NCBI GenBank assembly: GCA_029210695.1
Contig: JARGFH010000003.1
Span: 1-64,000 of the forward strand
Reading direction: 5' to 3'
DNA length: 64,000 nucleotides
Source: Acidimicrobiia bacterium
GTDB lineage: Bacteria; Actinomycetota; Acidimicrobiia; Spongiisociales; JAHEDJ01
Shown here: positions 29,413 through 40,703 of the stretch, piece after piece
Layout: the number at the start of each line of letters is the position of its first letter
Numbering within the stretch: the first letter of the stretch is position 1
Translations under genes and position numbers: made by a program
The notes under the pieces: model-generated
The model's input: the letters and a program-made list of their open reading frames with translations, nothing else
Databases searched by the model: none
Told to the model about the DNA's origin: nothing

Positions 29413-30699
29413 TCAGTTACCGGGACCGCCTTCGTACGCGGCGAGAGCGCCATCGATCACGTCGATGGCCGCGTCGAGTTCATCCAGGGTGGCAGTCAGA
29501 GGCGGAATGAACCGGATGATGTTGCCGTCCGGCCCGCAGGGGATCACGATCAACTCGTGGGCGACGCCGTAGGAGGCGATGAAGTCCATCGCCCCGGGAT
29601 CAGGCGTGCGTGTTGCCCGGTCGCTCACCAACTCAACGCCGATCATCAACCCCAGCCCACGCACGTCGCCGATCGTGTCGTGGCGAGCTCTGAGGTCGTC
29701 GAAGCGTTCGAAGGCTCGTTTGGAGAGGTCACGGGCATGCGGCAGGAGCGGCTCCATCACGTCGATCACCTTGGCGGCCGCCGCGCAGGCGACGGGGTTG
29801 CCACCGAAGGTCGTGCCGTGAGCACCGACCGGCCATTTGTCGATGATCTCGGAGGCGGCGCCGTATGAGCTCAACGGCAGTCCGTTAGCGATTCCTTTTC
29901 CCATCACGAGTACGTCTGGTCGGATCCCGTAGTGGTCGGCGGCGAACCAGTTGGCGGTGCGACCGAAACCGGTCTGGACTTCATCGAAGACCAGCATGAT
30001 TCCGTGCTCGTCCGCCAGGTCCCTCACAGCTTGGAGGAACCGTTGCGGGGCGGGGTAGTAACCACCTTCTCCCTGGACCGGTTCAATCAGGAAGGCGGCA
30101 ATGTTGTGCGGCATGACCTCGTGCTTGAACTTCTTGGCGAGTTCATCGAGGGCAAGGTCGGTCGCTTCATCCTCCGTCATTCCCCACCGGTACGGGTGCG
30201 GAAAAGCAGTTACGAAGACCGAGCCGAGAATCGGATGGTAATTCTCGCGGTACTTCGCATTGGAGGTCGTATAGGCAACCGATCCCATCGTGCGGCCGTG
30301 GAAGGCACCCCGGAAGGCGATGACACCTTGCCGTTTCGTGGAGTAGCGAGCCAGCTTGACCCCCGCTTCGACCGCTTCGGCACCCGAGTTGGCAAAGCCG
30401 AATTTCTCGATTCCCCCTGGCGTGATTCGCCGGAGGCGTTCCGCCAGCTCGACTATGGAGTCGTATCGGAACACGCATCCAGCATGGGCGAGTTTGTCGA
30501 GTTGTGCCTTGGCCGCGGCGATCACCTCGGGATGGTTGTGACCGAGATTGGCTACCGCCGTCCCACAGGCGAAGTCGGCCCACCGGTTGCCGTCGGCGTC
30601 ATACACCCACGGTCCCTCGGCATGGTCGGCGTGGATGTCGGTGTCGAAAGCCAGCATGGGAGCGACTGAGCTCTCATGCCGGCGGAGGAGGTCGCCCAT
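29413..30699 (-). CDS. Class III PLP aminotransferase (GabT-like)
   Basis: NSGAEAVE, FHGRT, EPVQGEGG, DEVQTGFGRT, GKG, TFGGNP. Confidence 0.92.
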   Translation of the reverse strand: MGDLLRRHESSVAPMLAFDTDIHADHAEGPWVYDADGNRWADFACGTAVANLGHNHPEVIAAAKAQLDKLAHAGCVFRYDSIVELAERLRRITPGGIEKFGFANSGAEAVEAGVKLARYSTKRQGVIAFRGAFHGRTMGSVAYTTSNAKYRENYHPILGSVFVTAFPHPYRWGMTEDEATDLALDELAKKFKHEVMPHNIAAFLIEPVQGEGGYYPAPQRFLQAVRDLADEHGIMLVFDEVQTGFGRTANWFAADHYGIRPDVLVMGKGIANGLPLSSYGAASEIIDKWPVGAHGTTFGGNPVACAAAAKVIDVMEPLLPHARDLSKRAFERFDDLRARHDTIGDVRGLGLMIGVELVSDRATRTPDPGAMDFIASYGVAHELIVIPCGPDGNIIRFIPPLTATLDELDAAIDVIDGALAAYEGGPGN

Positions 30700-30848
30700 T
30701 TGGTGGCTCCTTTCGGTCGAGTAACCGGATGCGGCAGTACAAGGTCCGGTCAACGGGACTCGCACAACGGGCGGGAACGGTCCGCCGTCCTCCCATTCTG
30801 GCACAGCAGCCTTCCGCCCGATCTGTGGCGAGCGGTGATACTGGTGGG

Positions 30849-31190
30849 ATGCAACGATTGATCGTCACCGAGGCCTGGACCTCCACCTACGACGACCCGA
30901 TCGTGGTGGCACCCGGCGAACACGTGTCCGTCGGCCGGCGCGATGTCGCCTGGCCGGGATTCGTGTGGTGTATCGGCAGCGGAGGTGAGGAGGGCTGGGT
31001 GCCTGAGGAAGCCTTGATGTTCGAGGGAGACTCCAGTGCGATTGTGGCCCGGTCCTACGACGCGCAAGAGTTGACGGTGAGGGTGGGCGACTCGGTCCGA
31101 GCAACCGAGTCAATAGCCGGGTGGACCTGGTGTGAGGGTGATGACGGCCGGGCCGGGTGGGTTCCTGATAGGTGCTTGAGAGGCGGGTAA
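30849..31190 (+). CDS. Tandem SH3-like domain protein
   Basis: Two repeats ending WC...GWVP. Confidence 0.75.
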   Translation: MQRLIVTEAWTSTYDDPIVVAPGEHVSVGRRDVAWPGFVWCIGSGGEEGWVPEEALMFEGDSSAIVARSYDAQELTVRVGDSVRATESIAGWTWCEGDDGRAGWVPDRCLRGG

Positions 31191-31351
31191 ATCCCGGGAC
31201 CCCCGCCGGTCGGGAAGCCGCTGGAGTGTTCTGGTCTATTGCAGACATACCGCTTACGTTCGCCTTAGCGGCAGCACCGCGGGCAATCTGAATCCTGCGA
31301 AGTCGTTTGAGATGGGCCATGTGTACACCGGGTCGGGTGTACGATCGGAGT

Positions 31352-31588
31352 GTGGCGAGACGGCCGGAACAACCTATGCCCGATGATCTCCTGGTGGAAC
31401 TCGATCAGCGGGGATTACTCGATTCCTATCGAGCGCGGCCCTTCTACCAGCGCAACGATTATCTCGCCTGGATAGGACGCGCCAAGCGGCCTGAGACTCG
31501 CCACAAGCGAATTGACCAGATGCTTGACGAACTCGATGCGGGCGGTTCGTACATGGGGATGGAGCATCCGCCCAGCCGGAAGAGCTGA
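31352..31588 (+). CDS. YdeI/OmpD-associated family protein
   Basis: RPFYQRNDYLAWI..AKRPETR..RI.QML. Confidence 0.8.
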   Translation: MARRPEQPMPDDLLVELDQRGLLDSYRARPFYQRNDYLAWIGRAKRPETRHKRIDQMLDELDAGGSYMGMEHPPSRKS

Positions 31589-31680
31589 GGCAGAAGTTCC
31601 CCGACCACAACTCCTGCGTCTCATGCATAAACCAACGACGGGTGGCTGTTCGAGGACCGGGAGTTGCGAACCGGGGGTGG

Positions 31681-32187
31681 TCAGGACGTGAACCCCGGCA
31701 GTCCTTCCGGCAGCTCGATGAGCACGGCGTGACCCTTGGCCGTGACCGTCCCACCGACCGACAACTCGGTGTCCACGACGACCTTGCGACCTTTGGATTC
31801 CACTTCAGCTCCGACGAGGTGCATTGGACCCAGGGGGGTAGGAGCCAGGTAGTCAACACCGAGGTGCGCCGTGACGAACCGCGGCGATGCCTCGTCACCC
31901 ACCTGCCGGCCTGCTGTCCGCATCGCGAAAATGGCGGCGGATCCAGTTGAGTGACAGTCGATGATCGAGGCGATCAACCCCCCATAGGCGATCCCGGGAA
32001 CCGCGGTGTGATATGGCTCCGGGGTGTAGTCGGTCACAGTGTGATCGCCATCGAGACGGGTCTTGATCTTGTGGCCGGCGTCGTTGAGTTTCCCGCACCC
32101 GTAGCAGTGGGCGACGTCGTCCGGATAGAAGTCCTGTATGGCCTGAGCCACATCGAACCGGGCCGCCCCAGCCGGAGATTCGCTCAC
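31681..32187 (-). CDS. PaaI-type hotdog thioesterase
   Basis: CYGCG, YGGLIASIIDCH, VDYLAPTP. Confidence 0.85.
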   Translation of the reverse strand: MSESPAGAARFDVAQAIQDFYPDDVAHCYGCGKLNDAGHKIKTRLDGDHTVTDYTPEPYHTAVPGIAYGGLIASIIDCHSTGSAAIFAMRTAGRQVGDEASPRFVTAHLGVDYLAPTPLGPMHLVGAEVESKGRKVVVDTELSVGGTVTAKGHAVLIELPEGLPGFTS

Positions 32188-33128
32188 AGCCCGCACCCAC
32201 AGGAGAGGACCTTGACCGGACCGACGTCATCATTGACGTACTCCCAGGCCTCGAGGAATGCTCCTTCCCAGACCCGGCCGTTGACGACGATCTCCATCTT
32301 GCCGTCTCCGTTGAGGTCGGCCACCGCCGCCACTTCGTAGATGATTATGTTCTGTGGGAGGTCATCGAACGAGGTGATGATGCTCTCACCGAGAATCGCC
32401 GTCTGTATGTCCCCCTCGATGATCTTGCGGAGATACAAGATCGAGTAGGCGCCGGGGGCCGTGTCCATGAAGCCGTCCGGCACCGTCGAGGCCGCCACGA
32501 TCACCTCCATGACTCCGTCACCCTCGAGATCAGTACGGATGACCTGGGTGTTGTTGATGATTGGCACCGCCGCCACCTTGCCGGCCAGCAGGTTGGCGGT
32601 CGCTTCCACATAGGCCTCGTTGCTGTTGGATAGGAACTCGATGGGATGCGGGCGGACATCACTCGAGGTCTGAATCCCGATTGCGTCGAGTTCTTGGAAG
32701 TCACCGGCCAGCGGCGGATCGAACTGGACGTTCAGCAGGTCGAGTGGTTCGCACCAAGGCTGGGGGTCGGTACCGAAGGCGTTCGTGATCGGCTCGTCGA
32801 GGCGCACCACCTGGTATTCCTCACCCCCGGTCACGGGTGGTACGCCTTCATTGGACCAGTTGCCGCTAGGTCCGTCCGACCAGCCGAGCATGCAGGTCTT
32901 GCCGGCGACGAGGAAGGTGTCGAGGAGTGGGGCAGTAGTGGTGGTTGTCGTCGGAGCGACGGTCGACGTCGTAGTTGACAGAGACGTCGTGTCCGTGTGC
33001 CCCGACGTGGCGGTGGTTGATGTCGCCGCCGCCCGCCCGCTCGTTGTGGACGTCGTGCTCGACGCCCCGCTACAAGCGGCAGCGACCAGGGCCAGCGATA
33101 GCAGCGCAGTGCCGATTCGGAAGCTCAC
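32184..33128 (-). CDS. Lipoprotein with Thr-rich linker and FG-GAP-like DxxGDG motifs
   Basis: AAAC lipobox, DLEGDGVME, DLNGDGKME. Confidence 0.75.
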   Translation of the reverse strand: MSFRIGTALLSLALVAAACSGASSTTSTTSGRAAATSTTATSGHTDTTSLSTTTSTVAPTTTTTTAPLLDTFLVAGKTCMLGWSDGPSGNWSNEGVPPVTGGEEYQVVRLDEPITNAFGTDPQPWCEPLDLLNVQFDPPLAGDFQELDAIGIQTSSDVRPHPIEFLSNSNEAYVEATANLLAGKVAAVPIINNTQVIRTDLEGDGVMEVIVAASTVPDGFMDTAPGAYSILYLRKIIEGDIQTAILGESIITSFDDLPQNIIIYEVAAVADLNGDGKMEIVVNGRVWEGAFLEAWEYVNDDVGPVKVLSCGCGL

Positions 33129-33214
33129 GTTGTCCTCTCGGTGCTAGGACCAGCCTATCTCGCTCGCCGGTTCGGCAGTTGACCTTCCCGGGTGGAGATC
33201 CTCGAGTGGCCGGC

Positions 33215-34231
33215 CTAGTTGCGCAACCGGACCTGCGTTGGCCCCGGGCCGACGCGTCCGACCGCACGGGCCGAGTGCCCGTGGGCGTCGAAGGCGGCGA
33301 CGACGGCCTCGACCTCACCTGGAGCGACGATGGCCAGATAGCCGATTCCCATATTGAACACCCGGAACATCTCGTCTTCTGAGATGCCTCCCCACTCCTG
33401 GACCACCCCGAACACATTTGGCCGTTCCCACGAGTTCATGTCGATATCGGCGCACAGACCTTCCGGAAGGACGCGGAGGAGATTGCCGGAGATCCCTCCT
33501 CCGGTTACATGAACGAAGGCGCGCACAAATCCGGTGGTTGCCGCCTCGAGAACAGCCGGCGCATAGATGACGGATGGCGACAGGAGAACCTCGCCGATCG
33601 AGCCGTCTTCCCCCGGGAACGGATCATCGAGTGACCGGGACCCCAGGATCTTGCGTACCAGTGAGTATCCGTTCGAGCGAAGGTTCGGGCTCTCCACCCC
33701 GATAATTGTGTCGCCGGCCGCGACCGATGTACCGGTGATCTCTTTTCCGCTCTCGACGACCCCAAGAGCCGCCCCGGCCAGATCGACATGGTCGGAATCG
33801 ACGATACCCGGGTGTTCGGCGGTTTCGCCGCCCACGAGTGCGCAGCCGGCCAGGACACAAGCGTGCGCAACCGAACTCACGATGAGGCGATCCCGGTCCG
33901 AATCGATACGCCCTACCGCCAGGTAGTCGGTGAACGCAATGGGGCGGGCTCCGACGGCGGCAAGATCATCGACGCACATGGCGACCAGATCATGGCCTAC
34001 ACCTTCGTACCGGCGGGTGCGGCGGGCGACCTCGAGCTTGGTCCCGACCCCATCCGTACTCATCATCAACACCGGATTGGTGTATCCGGCCGGAATCGTC
34101 ACTCCGGCCGCGAATCCGCCGAAACCTCCCACGACGTTTGGTCCCCAGGTCGCCGTGACGGACTCGGAGATTCCGGCCACAAACCGTTCGGCTTGCTCGA
34201 GGTCGACCCCCGCCTCCCGATACGTCGCCAT
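33215..34231 (-). CDS. purM: AIR synthetase
   Basis: TYREAGVD, DGVGTK, GGETAEHP, HVTGGG, FNMGIG. Confidence 0.96.
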   Translation of the reverse strand: MATYREAGVDLEQAERFVAGISESVTATWGPNVVGGFGGFAAGVTIPAGYTNPVLMMSTDGVGTKLEVARRTRRYEGVGHDLVAMCVDDLAAVGARPIAFTDYLAVGRIDSDRDRLIVSSVAHACVLAGCALVGGETAEHPGIVDSDHVDLAGAALGVVESGKEITGTSVAAGDTIIGVESPNLRSNGYSLVRKILGSRSLDDPFPGEDGSIGEVLLSPSVIYAPAVLEAATTGFVRAFVHVTGGGISGNLLRVLPEGLCADIDMNSWERPNVFGVVQEWGGISEDEMFRVFNMGIGYLAIVAPGEVEAVVAAFDAHGHSARAVGRVGPGPTQVRLRN

Positions 34232-35673
34232 CAGCGTTGCTCCAGTGCGAACTTGTCGTTCAGGCCGGCAACCGGAGTGGGATAGTTGCCACTCAGGCAG
34301 GCGTTGCAGAAACCCAAACCAGTTCCACCGGCCGATTCCTCCAACCCGCCAAGTGAGAGGTAGGCGAGCGAATCGGCATCGAGGAACTCCCTGATCTCAT
34401 CAACGGATAGCTGGGCGGCCAGCAGTCGCGATCGATCGGACGTGTCCATGCCGTAGAAGCACGGCCACCGATATGGTGGGGAAGAGACGCGAAGGTGGAC
34501 CTCCGTCGCCCCCGCTTCCCGAACCATCTTCACAAGCTGGCGGGTGGTGCTCCCGCGAACGATCGAGTCGTCGACCAGCACGATTCGCTTGCCGGCCAGG
34601 TTCTCAGGGATCGGGTTGAGCTTGAGTCTGATGCCGCGGTCCCGCAACATCTGCGTCGGTTCAATGAACGTCCGGCCGACATAACGGTTCTTAACCAGAC
34701 CGTCGGCATAGGGGATTCCGCTCCCGGCGGAAAAGCCCTGGGCGGCCGGAATGCCGGACTCGGGCACGGGGACGACAACGTCCGCCTCGACTGGTGACTC
34801 GATTGCCAGTTTCCTTCCCATCCGTTGGCGAGCGCCGTGGACGCTCTGGCCGTAGAGATTGCTGTCCGGTCTTGCGAAGTAGACGAACTCGAATATGCAG
34901 AGACGGGGGTCGACCGAGTCGAAGGGTTGGAAGCTGCGGACGCCACCGGCGTCGATAACGACCATCTCACCGGCTTCGATATCTCGTACGAACGTGGAGC
35001 CGACCAGATCGAGGGCCGCAGTCTCCGAGGCGAGGACCCAGCCGCCCTCCGGGAGCGAACCCAAGCAGAGCGGCCGGTATCCGTGCGGATCGCGAACGCC
35101 GACGAGATGCCCCTGATCCATGATCACGAGCGAGAATGCACCTTCGAGTTGGTGGAGGACGCTCATGAGCGCTCGTTCGAGCTGGCGCCCATCGGATCTT
35201 CCGTCCTGGATTGCCCTTGCAATAGCGTCCAGCATCAACATCGAGTCGGTGGTGCTGGAATCGTCTCCGAGTTTGGCCGCCAACTCCACGGTGTTGGTCA
35301 GGTTGCCGTTGTGACCGAGGGCGATACCCGTGTGTTCGACCTGGCGATAGGCCGGCTGAGCGTTCTCCCAGACCGTAGAACCGCTCGTCGAATACCGGGT
35401 GTGGCCGATTCCGAGGTGTCCGGGGAGGCCGGCGAGGTTGGTCTCATCGAAGACCTGTGACACGAGCCCCATGTCTTTGAACACCGTCGTAGTTTGACCA
35501 TCCGAGGCCGCAATGCCTGCGCTCTCCTGCCCGCGATGCTGCAGAGCAAAGAGCCCGAAGGAGATGATGTGAGCGGCGTCCTGTCCGGGCGCGTATACGC
35601 CGAATACACCGCATTCTTCACCGGGAGTGCTTTCGAAGGTCGATTCCACGCTATCGCCGAGTGTAGGACCCAT
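34231..35673 (-). CDS. purF: Amidophosphoribosyltransferase (start uncertain)
   Basis: EECGVFG, QHRGQES, GHTRYST, VDDSIVRG, PCFYGMD. Confidence 0.96.
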   Translation of the reverse strand: MGPTLGDSVESTFESTPGEECGVFGVYAPGQDAAHIISFGLFALQHRGQESAGIAASDGQTTTVFKDMGLVSQVFDETNLAGLPGHLGIGHTRYSTSGSTVWENAQPAYRQVEHTGIALGHNGNLTNTVELAAKLGDDSSTTDSMLMLDAIARAIQDGRSDGRQLERALMSVLHQLEGAFSLVIMDQGHLVGVRDPHGYRPLCLGSLPEGGWVLASETAALDLVGSTFVRDIEAGEMVVIDAGGVRSFQPFDSVDPRLCIFEFVYFARPDSNLYGQSVHGARQRMGRKLAIESPVEADVVVPVPESGIPAAQGFSAGSGIPYADGLVKNRYVGRTFIEPTQMLRDRGIRLKLNPIPENLAGKRIVLVDDSIVRGSTTRQLVKMVREAGATEVHLRVSSPPYRWPCFYGMDTSDRSRLLAAQLSVDEIREFLDADSLAYLSLGGLEESAGGTGLGFCNACLSGNYPTPVAGLNDKFALEQR

Positions 35674-35687
35674 TCGTTGCTTGGTAC

Positions 35688-37913
35688 TCAGGACCCGGTA
35701 CTCGTTGCCGTTTGGGGCTCCATTCGACCGCGGATGGCGTTCCGCCACGCCTCCGTCGCCTCGCCGAGGCCGATCGAGGTCTCGACGTCCCCATCGCCAA
35801 AGAACTCAATTGTCTTCCCACCCAATGATCCGATTCTTTGTGCGACTACCCCGGAATCTGCGGCTGCCGCGCGGATGGAACCGGCTGCTTCGGGGTCGGC
35901 AACGGCAAGGAACCGGTGGGGGTCCTCGGAAAACAGGGCTCGCCAATCCGCATATTGGATCCGGGCGCCGAGGCCGGACCGTATGCAGATCTCCGCAATC
36001 GCAACGGCCAATCCACCGTCCGAGAGGTCGTGGAGCACGGGTGCCGTTCCCTCTGTGGCGAGATGGCGGGCGAGATTGATGATCGCGTTTGCCTCGAGCG
36101 AATCGGGCTCGCCGGGACGGCCACCCACATGACGTCGCATGATCCTCTCGAAGGCGCTGCCGGCGAGGTTGACCGCCGCATTCGATCCCATCAACCAGAC
36201 TTCCATGCCCTCCCGGCCGGCTTCGAGTCTGGGAGGCTCGGCGGGCATCGGGTCGGCCAGGCCGAGCATGCCCACTACCGGAGTCGGGAAGATGTCCACG
36301 CCGTTGGTCTCGTTGTAGAACGAAACGTTGCCGCCGATGACCGGAATACCGAGCGCTTCACAGGCCTGTGAGATTCCTTCGACCGTTTCGACGAATTGCC
36401 ACATGACGTCGGGCTTCTCCGGGTTTCCGAAGTTGAGGTTGTCGACCACGGCTAGTGGCCGGGCGCCAACCATCGCCACGTTGAGGGCCGATTCGTACAC
36501 GAGTCGGGCAGCACCGCGGCGCGGATCGAGATAGCACAGGCGGCCGTTTCCGTCTGTTGAGACCGCCAGGCCCTTGGACGTTCCCTTGATACGTAGCAGG
36601 GTTCCGTTGTCGCCTGGTCCCACGACGGTGTTGAGAAACAGCATGTGGTCGTACTGCTCATATACCCAGGAGGGATCGCCGATCGAGGGATCATCGAGGA
36701 TGGTCAGGAGGCTCTCTCTGATGTCGGGGGACTGAACGAACTCGATGGTGTCGCTCCACAGATCGGCTTGCCAGCCGGGTTCACCAAACGGGCGATCGTA
36801 GGTGGGGGCATCCTCGCTGAGTGAGGCGGCCGGAACCTCGGCGACGAGATCTCCGTCCTTGAATACGCGCAACATGCCACCAGACTTCACCTCTCCGACG
36901 ATGGAAGCGTCGATCTCCCACTTTCCGGCAACCGCCATCACATCGTCGAGTTGGTCTGGGTGCACGAAAGCCATCATTCGCTCTTGCGACTCGGACATGA
37001 GCAACTCGGCCGGCGTCATGTCGTGCTCGCGGACATGGACTCGATTCAGGTCGACTTCCATCCCCATGCCTGCCCGGGCGGCTGGTTCCGAGGTCGAGCA
37101 CGACAGACCGGCCGCTCCGAGGTCCTGGATTCCCACTACGAGGTTGTCTTTGTATAGCTCCAGACATGCCTCGATCAGTTTCTTCTCTTGAAAGGGATCT
37201 CCGACCTGAACCGATGGGCGCTTGCCACTGCTGTCTTCCGCGAAGCTCGCCGACGCCAACACGGAGGCGCCGCCGATGCCGTCCCGACCGGTCGAGGCGC
37301 CCAGCAACACGGCGATCGTCCCGGCCTCGCCGGCCGTTCCGAGTACGAGTTGTTCCCTCCGGAGGATTCCGAGGCACATGACGTTCACGAGAGGGTTGCC
37401 GTCGTAGCAATCCTCGAAGGCAACTTCCCCGCCTACCGTTGGAACACCGACTGCGTTGCCGTATCCGGCGATGCCCGCCACGACACCCGAGAAGAGGTAC
37501 CGGTTGCGGGGTTCGTCGATGTGGCCGAACCGGATCTGGTCCCACAGAGCGATTGGCCTGGCTCCCATCGTGAAAACGTCGCGCAGGATGCCTCCGACAC
37601 CGGTGGCCGCCCCCTGGTAGGGCTCGACGAATGAGGGGTGGTTGTGGCTTTCGATCCGGAGGGCAGCCAGCCAGCCATCTCCTAGATCGACCACGCCGGC
37701 ATTCTCACCGGGGCCGACCACAACCCACGGGGCTTCCGTTGGGAAACGGCTCAGATGGGGTCGCGACGACTTATAGGAACAATGCTCCGACCACATCACC
37801 GAGTACATGGCCAGTTCTGCGAGGCGCGGGTCTCTTCCGAGCAGGCCGACGACGCTCGAGAATTCGGAGTCGGTCATTCCCAAATCCCGATGGAGGGGAC
37901 GTGCGTCAGACAT
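35688..37913 (-). CDS. purL: FGAM synthase large subunit
   Basis: [37 protein letters not shown]. Confidence 0.96.
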   Translation of the reverse strand: MSDARPLHRDLGMTDSEFSSVVGLLGRDPRLAELAMYSVMWSEHCSYKSSRPHLSRFPTEAPWVVVGPGENAGVVDLGDGWLAALRIESHNHPSFVEPYQGAATGVGGILRDVFTMGARPIALWDQIRFGHIDEPRNRYLFSGVVAGIAGYGNAVGVPTVGGEVAFEDCYDGNPLVNVMCLGILRREQLVLGTAGEAGTIAVLLGASTGRDGIGGASVLASASFAEDSSGKRPSVQVGDPFQEKKLIEACLELYKDNLVVGIQDLGAAGLSCSTSEPAARAGMGMEVDLNRVHVREHDMTPAELLMSESQERMMAFVHPDQLDDVMAVAGKWEIDASIVGEVKSGGMLRVFKDGDLVAEVPAASLSEDAPTYDRPFGEPGWQADLWSDTIEFVQSPDIRESLLTILDDPSIGDPSWVYEQYDHMLFLNTVVGPGDNGTLLRIKGTSKGLAVSTDGNGRLCYLDPRRGAARLVYESALNVAMVGARPLAVVDNLNFGNPEKPDVMWQFVETVEGISQACEALGIPVIGGNVSFYNETNGVDIFPTPVVGMLGLADPMPAEPPRLEAGREGMEVWLMGSNAAVNLAGSAFERIMRRHVGGRPGEPDSLEANAIINLARHLATEGTAPVLHDLSDGGLAVAIAEICIRSGLGARIQYADWRALFSEDPHRFLAVADPEAAGSIRAAAADSGVVAQRIGSLGGKTIEFFGDGDVETSIGLGEATEAWRNAIRGRMEPQTATSTGS

Positions 37914-38607
37914 GCGCCGGTTTTCCTGCTGCGAACTCCCAAACCGAGGCGCCAAATGACTCGAGCAGTACCCGGCCGTCTGTTGAGCCGAGCAGCGTCT
38001 CGATGGCCCGTTCCGGGTGGGGCATCAGTCCTGCCACGTTTCCGGCGCGGTCGGCGATGCCGGCGACGTTGTCGGCCGAACCGTTGGGATTGGCCGCTTC
38101 GGATACCGTCCCGTTCGCGTCCGAATAGGTCAGAACGACCCGGCCGCTGGGGTTGGCCGGATCCATCGTGTAGTTGCCCTCGTATGAGTTCAGGGGGATC
38201 TCGAGGACGTCTCCGACCCGGGCGGAGCGGGTCAAGATCGACGTAGTCGACTCGACTCGAATGTGCACCGGCCTGCAGATGAACCGGAGGTCGCGATTGG
38301 CGAGGAGTACGCCGGGAAGAAGGCCGGCTTCGGTCAGAATCTGGAACCCGTTGCAGATGCCCAGCACCGGTGCTCCGTCGCCGGCCAATCGGCGGACCTC
38401 GGCCATCACCGGTGAGAAACGTGCGATGGCTCCTGTGCGAAGGTAGTCACCGTGGGCGAATCCACCGGGGAGAACAACTCCACTGAACCCGGAGAGGTCC
38501 TTCTCCCGGTGCCACACCAGTTCGGCTTCAACTCCGAGATCGTTGAGTGCGAATACGACGTCCTGCTCGCAGTTGCTACCCGGGAACACAGTCACGGCGA
38601 CCGTCAT
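37906..38607 (-). CDS. purQ: FGAM synthase glutaminase subunit
   Basis: FPGSNC, PGGF..GDYLR, GICNGFQ, MPHPER. Confidence 0.96.
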   Translation of the reverse strand: MTVAVTVFPGSNCEQDVVFALNDLGVEAELVWHREKDLSGFSGVVLPGGFAHGDYLRTGAIARFSPVMAEVRRLAGDGAPVLGICNGFQILTEAGLLPGVLLANRDLRFICRPVHIRVESTTSILTRSARVGDVLEIPLNSYEGNYTMDPANPSGRVVLTYSDANGTVSEAANPNGSADNVAGIADRAGNVAGLMPHPERAIETLLGSTDGRVLLESFGASVWEFAAGKPAHV

Positions 38608-38864
38608 GCCCCGTTGCCGTCCTCCCCGAGAAGTCGGATCTCGTAGTCCTCCATTACCGGGTTGGCGAGGAGCTGTTCACACATGGACTCGATATCGGCC
38701 GTGGCCCGATCGGCGTCGGCCGTTTCGACCACGAGGGTGATCACTTTGTCGATTCGCACGGAAGCAACCTCAGAAAACCCCAGATCACGAAGGCCGCGCA
38801 GCACCGCCGCCCCCTGGGGGTCGGCGATATCGGAGCGCCTTGTCACATGGACGGTCGCTTTCAT
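38604..38864 (-). CDS. purS: FGAM synthase PurS subunit
   Basis: DPQG, LLANPVME. Confidence 0.94.
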   Translation of the reverse strand: MKATVHVTRRSDIADPQGAAVLRGLRDLGFSEVASVRIDKVITLVVETADADRATADIESMCEQLLANPVMEDYEIRLLGEDGNGA

Positions 38865-39745
38865 CTCCCCATCTCCAGCAGGTAGGTATCGAATGGACGG
38901 CCGGTGATTCTCTCGAATGCGTCGGTGTACTTGGCTCTTGTTTCTGTGATGACGTCCGCCGGGAGGCGCGGTGCCGGTGGCGTATGGTCCCATCCGACCG
39001 AATCGAGCCAATCGCGAACGAACTGCTTGTCATAGGAGGGCACCACGGTGCCGGGGTTCCACCGGTCCCGGGGCCAATAGCGGGAGGAGTCGGGGGTGAG
39101 GACCTCATCGATGAGCAACAACTCGCCGTTAGACCATCCGAATTCGAACTTTGTATCTGCAAGGATCACGCCGCGTTCGGCCGCGTAGCGGGCGGCCGTC
39201 AGGTACACGTCGATCGAAGTTCGCTTGAGTCGCTCATAGAGGTCGTCACCGAGCAGTTGCCGTGCGCCGGCTTCCGTGAGGTTTTCGTCGTGGCCCGAGG
39301 CGGCTTTGGTGGCTGGCGTGAAGATCGGTTCGGAGAGTTCGTCGGCCATGTCCAGTCCGGCCGGCAGATGCTCGGTCGTCGGTCCGCCGCCGTCTCGGTA
39401 CTCCCGCCAAGACGACCCGTAGAGGTAGCCGCGTACGACACACTCGACCGGGATGACGTCCGCCCGCCTGACCACCATGGCCCGACCGGCGAGATCGTTG
39501 CGTTCGAGGTCTGTCAATGGCCCGATGTCTGATAGGTCCGTCGTCAGCAGGTGGTTGGGGGTCTCGAGGAGTCCGAACCAGTGCAGCGAGAGCCCGGTGA
39601 GGACGCGGCCCTTGTCTGGAATCGGATCCGGGAGAATCACGTCGTAGGCGGAGATTCGGTCGGTCGCCACAAACAGCAACCGCTCCCCATCGATCTCGTA
39701 GATTTCACGGACCTTGCCTGAGGCAAGGTGTTTCAATGCCGGCAC
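38861..39745 (-). CDS. purC: SAICAR synthetase
   Basis: SGKVRE, DRISAYD, DTKFEFG, TPDSSR, DKQFVR. Confidence 0.96.
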   Translation of the reverse strand: MPALKHLASGKVREIYEIDGERLLFVATDRISAYDVILPDPIPDKGRVLTGLSLHWFGLLETPNHLLTTDLSDIGPLTDLERNDLAGRAMVVRRADVIPVECVVRGYLYGSSWREYRDGGGPTTEHLPAGLDMADELSEPIFTPATKAASGHDENLTEAGARQLLGDDLYERLKRTSIDVYLTAARYAAERGVILADTKFEFGWSNGELLLIDEVLTPDSSRYWPRDRWNPGTVVPSYDKQFVRDWLDSVGWDHTPPAPRLPADVITETRAKYTDAFERITGRPFDTYLLEMGR

Positions 39746-39782
39746 GCGGCGGGATGGTAGCGGCCGCACGGGCATCACAGTA

Positions 39783-39894
39783 TTTTCTCCGCAATGCTGT
39801 GGATTGTGGCGATTCAGTGCATTGCGCAGAAACCTCTATGCACTTTCTCGGCAATGCTGTGGACCGTGGTGATTCATTGTATTGCCGAGAAACG
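39783..39894. repeat. Second tandem pair of the same palindromic units, 60-bp period
   Basis: TTTCTC(C/G)GCAATGCTGTGG...ATTGC..AGAAA twice, more diverged than the first pair. Confidence 0.88.
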
Positions 39895-39929
39895 GAACAA
39901 TCGGTCCGGTCGGCCGGTTGTTGAGGGCT

Positions 39930-40703
39930 GTGAACGGCCCCAACCCCATCCGAGTCGCCTGGTCGATGCTTCGCAACCAGCTGACCGTCGCACGACCACG
40001 CCCTGCCGGAACCGGCCGTTTCGATCACTCAGCCTTGTCGCCACCGCTCGAGGCGCTGGCGCGGGGCAAGATGGCTGCCCTCGGAGGATTGCGGCCTGCA
40101 CTCGATCACTACATAGATGGCCTCGCCGCCGTCGATCCAAATGAGCTCTCGAGCAATGAAGCACTGGCCTTCTGGCTGAACCTCTACAACGCAGGGGCAC
40201 TCCGGCTGGCGGCCGACGCGGTTACATCAGGTGAGGAATCGGTACTGCGGGTGCCCGGCGCCTTTGACGGACCGTTCGTTGCCGTCGCCGGCGAACACCT
40301 TTCCCTCGACGCCATCGAACATGCCAAGATCCGGCGTTTCGGAGACCCCCGAATTCACTCGGCGATCGTCTGCGGATCGGTGTCCTGCCCGACCCTCCGG
40401 GGCGAACCCTACGACGGTGATCACCTCGATCGGCAACTCGAAGATCAGATGCGGCATTTCCTCTCGTCGGGAGGTGCATCCGCTTCCGAAGGTGTGCTCC
40501 TGCTGTCCCGCGTGTTTCTCTGGTACGGAGCCGACTTCGTTCGCCCCGGCCGGATGCCCACCTGGCTCCCAGCTTCGCCAAAGCGAGTGGCGGTGGCTCT
40601 CCGGCCGTGGCTCAACGAGGAAACTGCGAGCGTCTTCACCGTGACGTCGCCCCGGATCGATTTCCAACCCTATGACTGGGGACTGCGCTGCGCGATCGGC
40701 TGA
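39930..40703 (+). CDS. DUF547 domain protein
   Basis: LAFWLNLYNA, LDAIEH, DPRIH..VCGSVSCP, YDW. Confidence 0.85.
   Translation: MNGPNPIRVAWSMLRNQLTVARPRPAGTGRFDHSALSPPLEALARGKMAALGGLRPALDHYIDGLAAVDPNELSSNEALAFWLNLYNAGALRLAADAVTSGEESVLRVPGAFDGPFVAVAGEHLSLDAIEHAKIRRFGDPRIHSAIVCGSVSCPTLRGEPYDGDHLDRQLEDQMRHFLSSGGASASEGVLLLSRVFLWYGADFVRPGRMPTWLPASPKRVAVALRPWLNEETASVFTVTSPRIDFQPYDWGLRCAIG

Noticed and set aside
30700..30848. Riboswitch upstream of the aminotransferase; purine or ZTP riboswitches before the pur genes
   Set aside because: No conserved aptamer signatures recognised by eye
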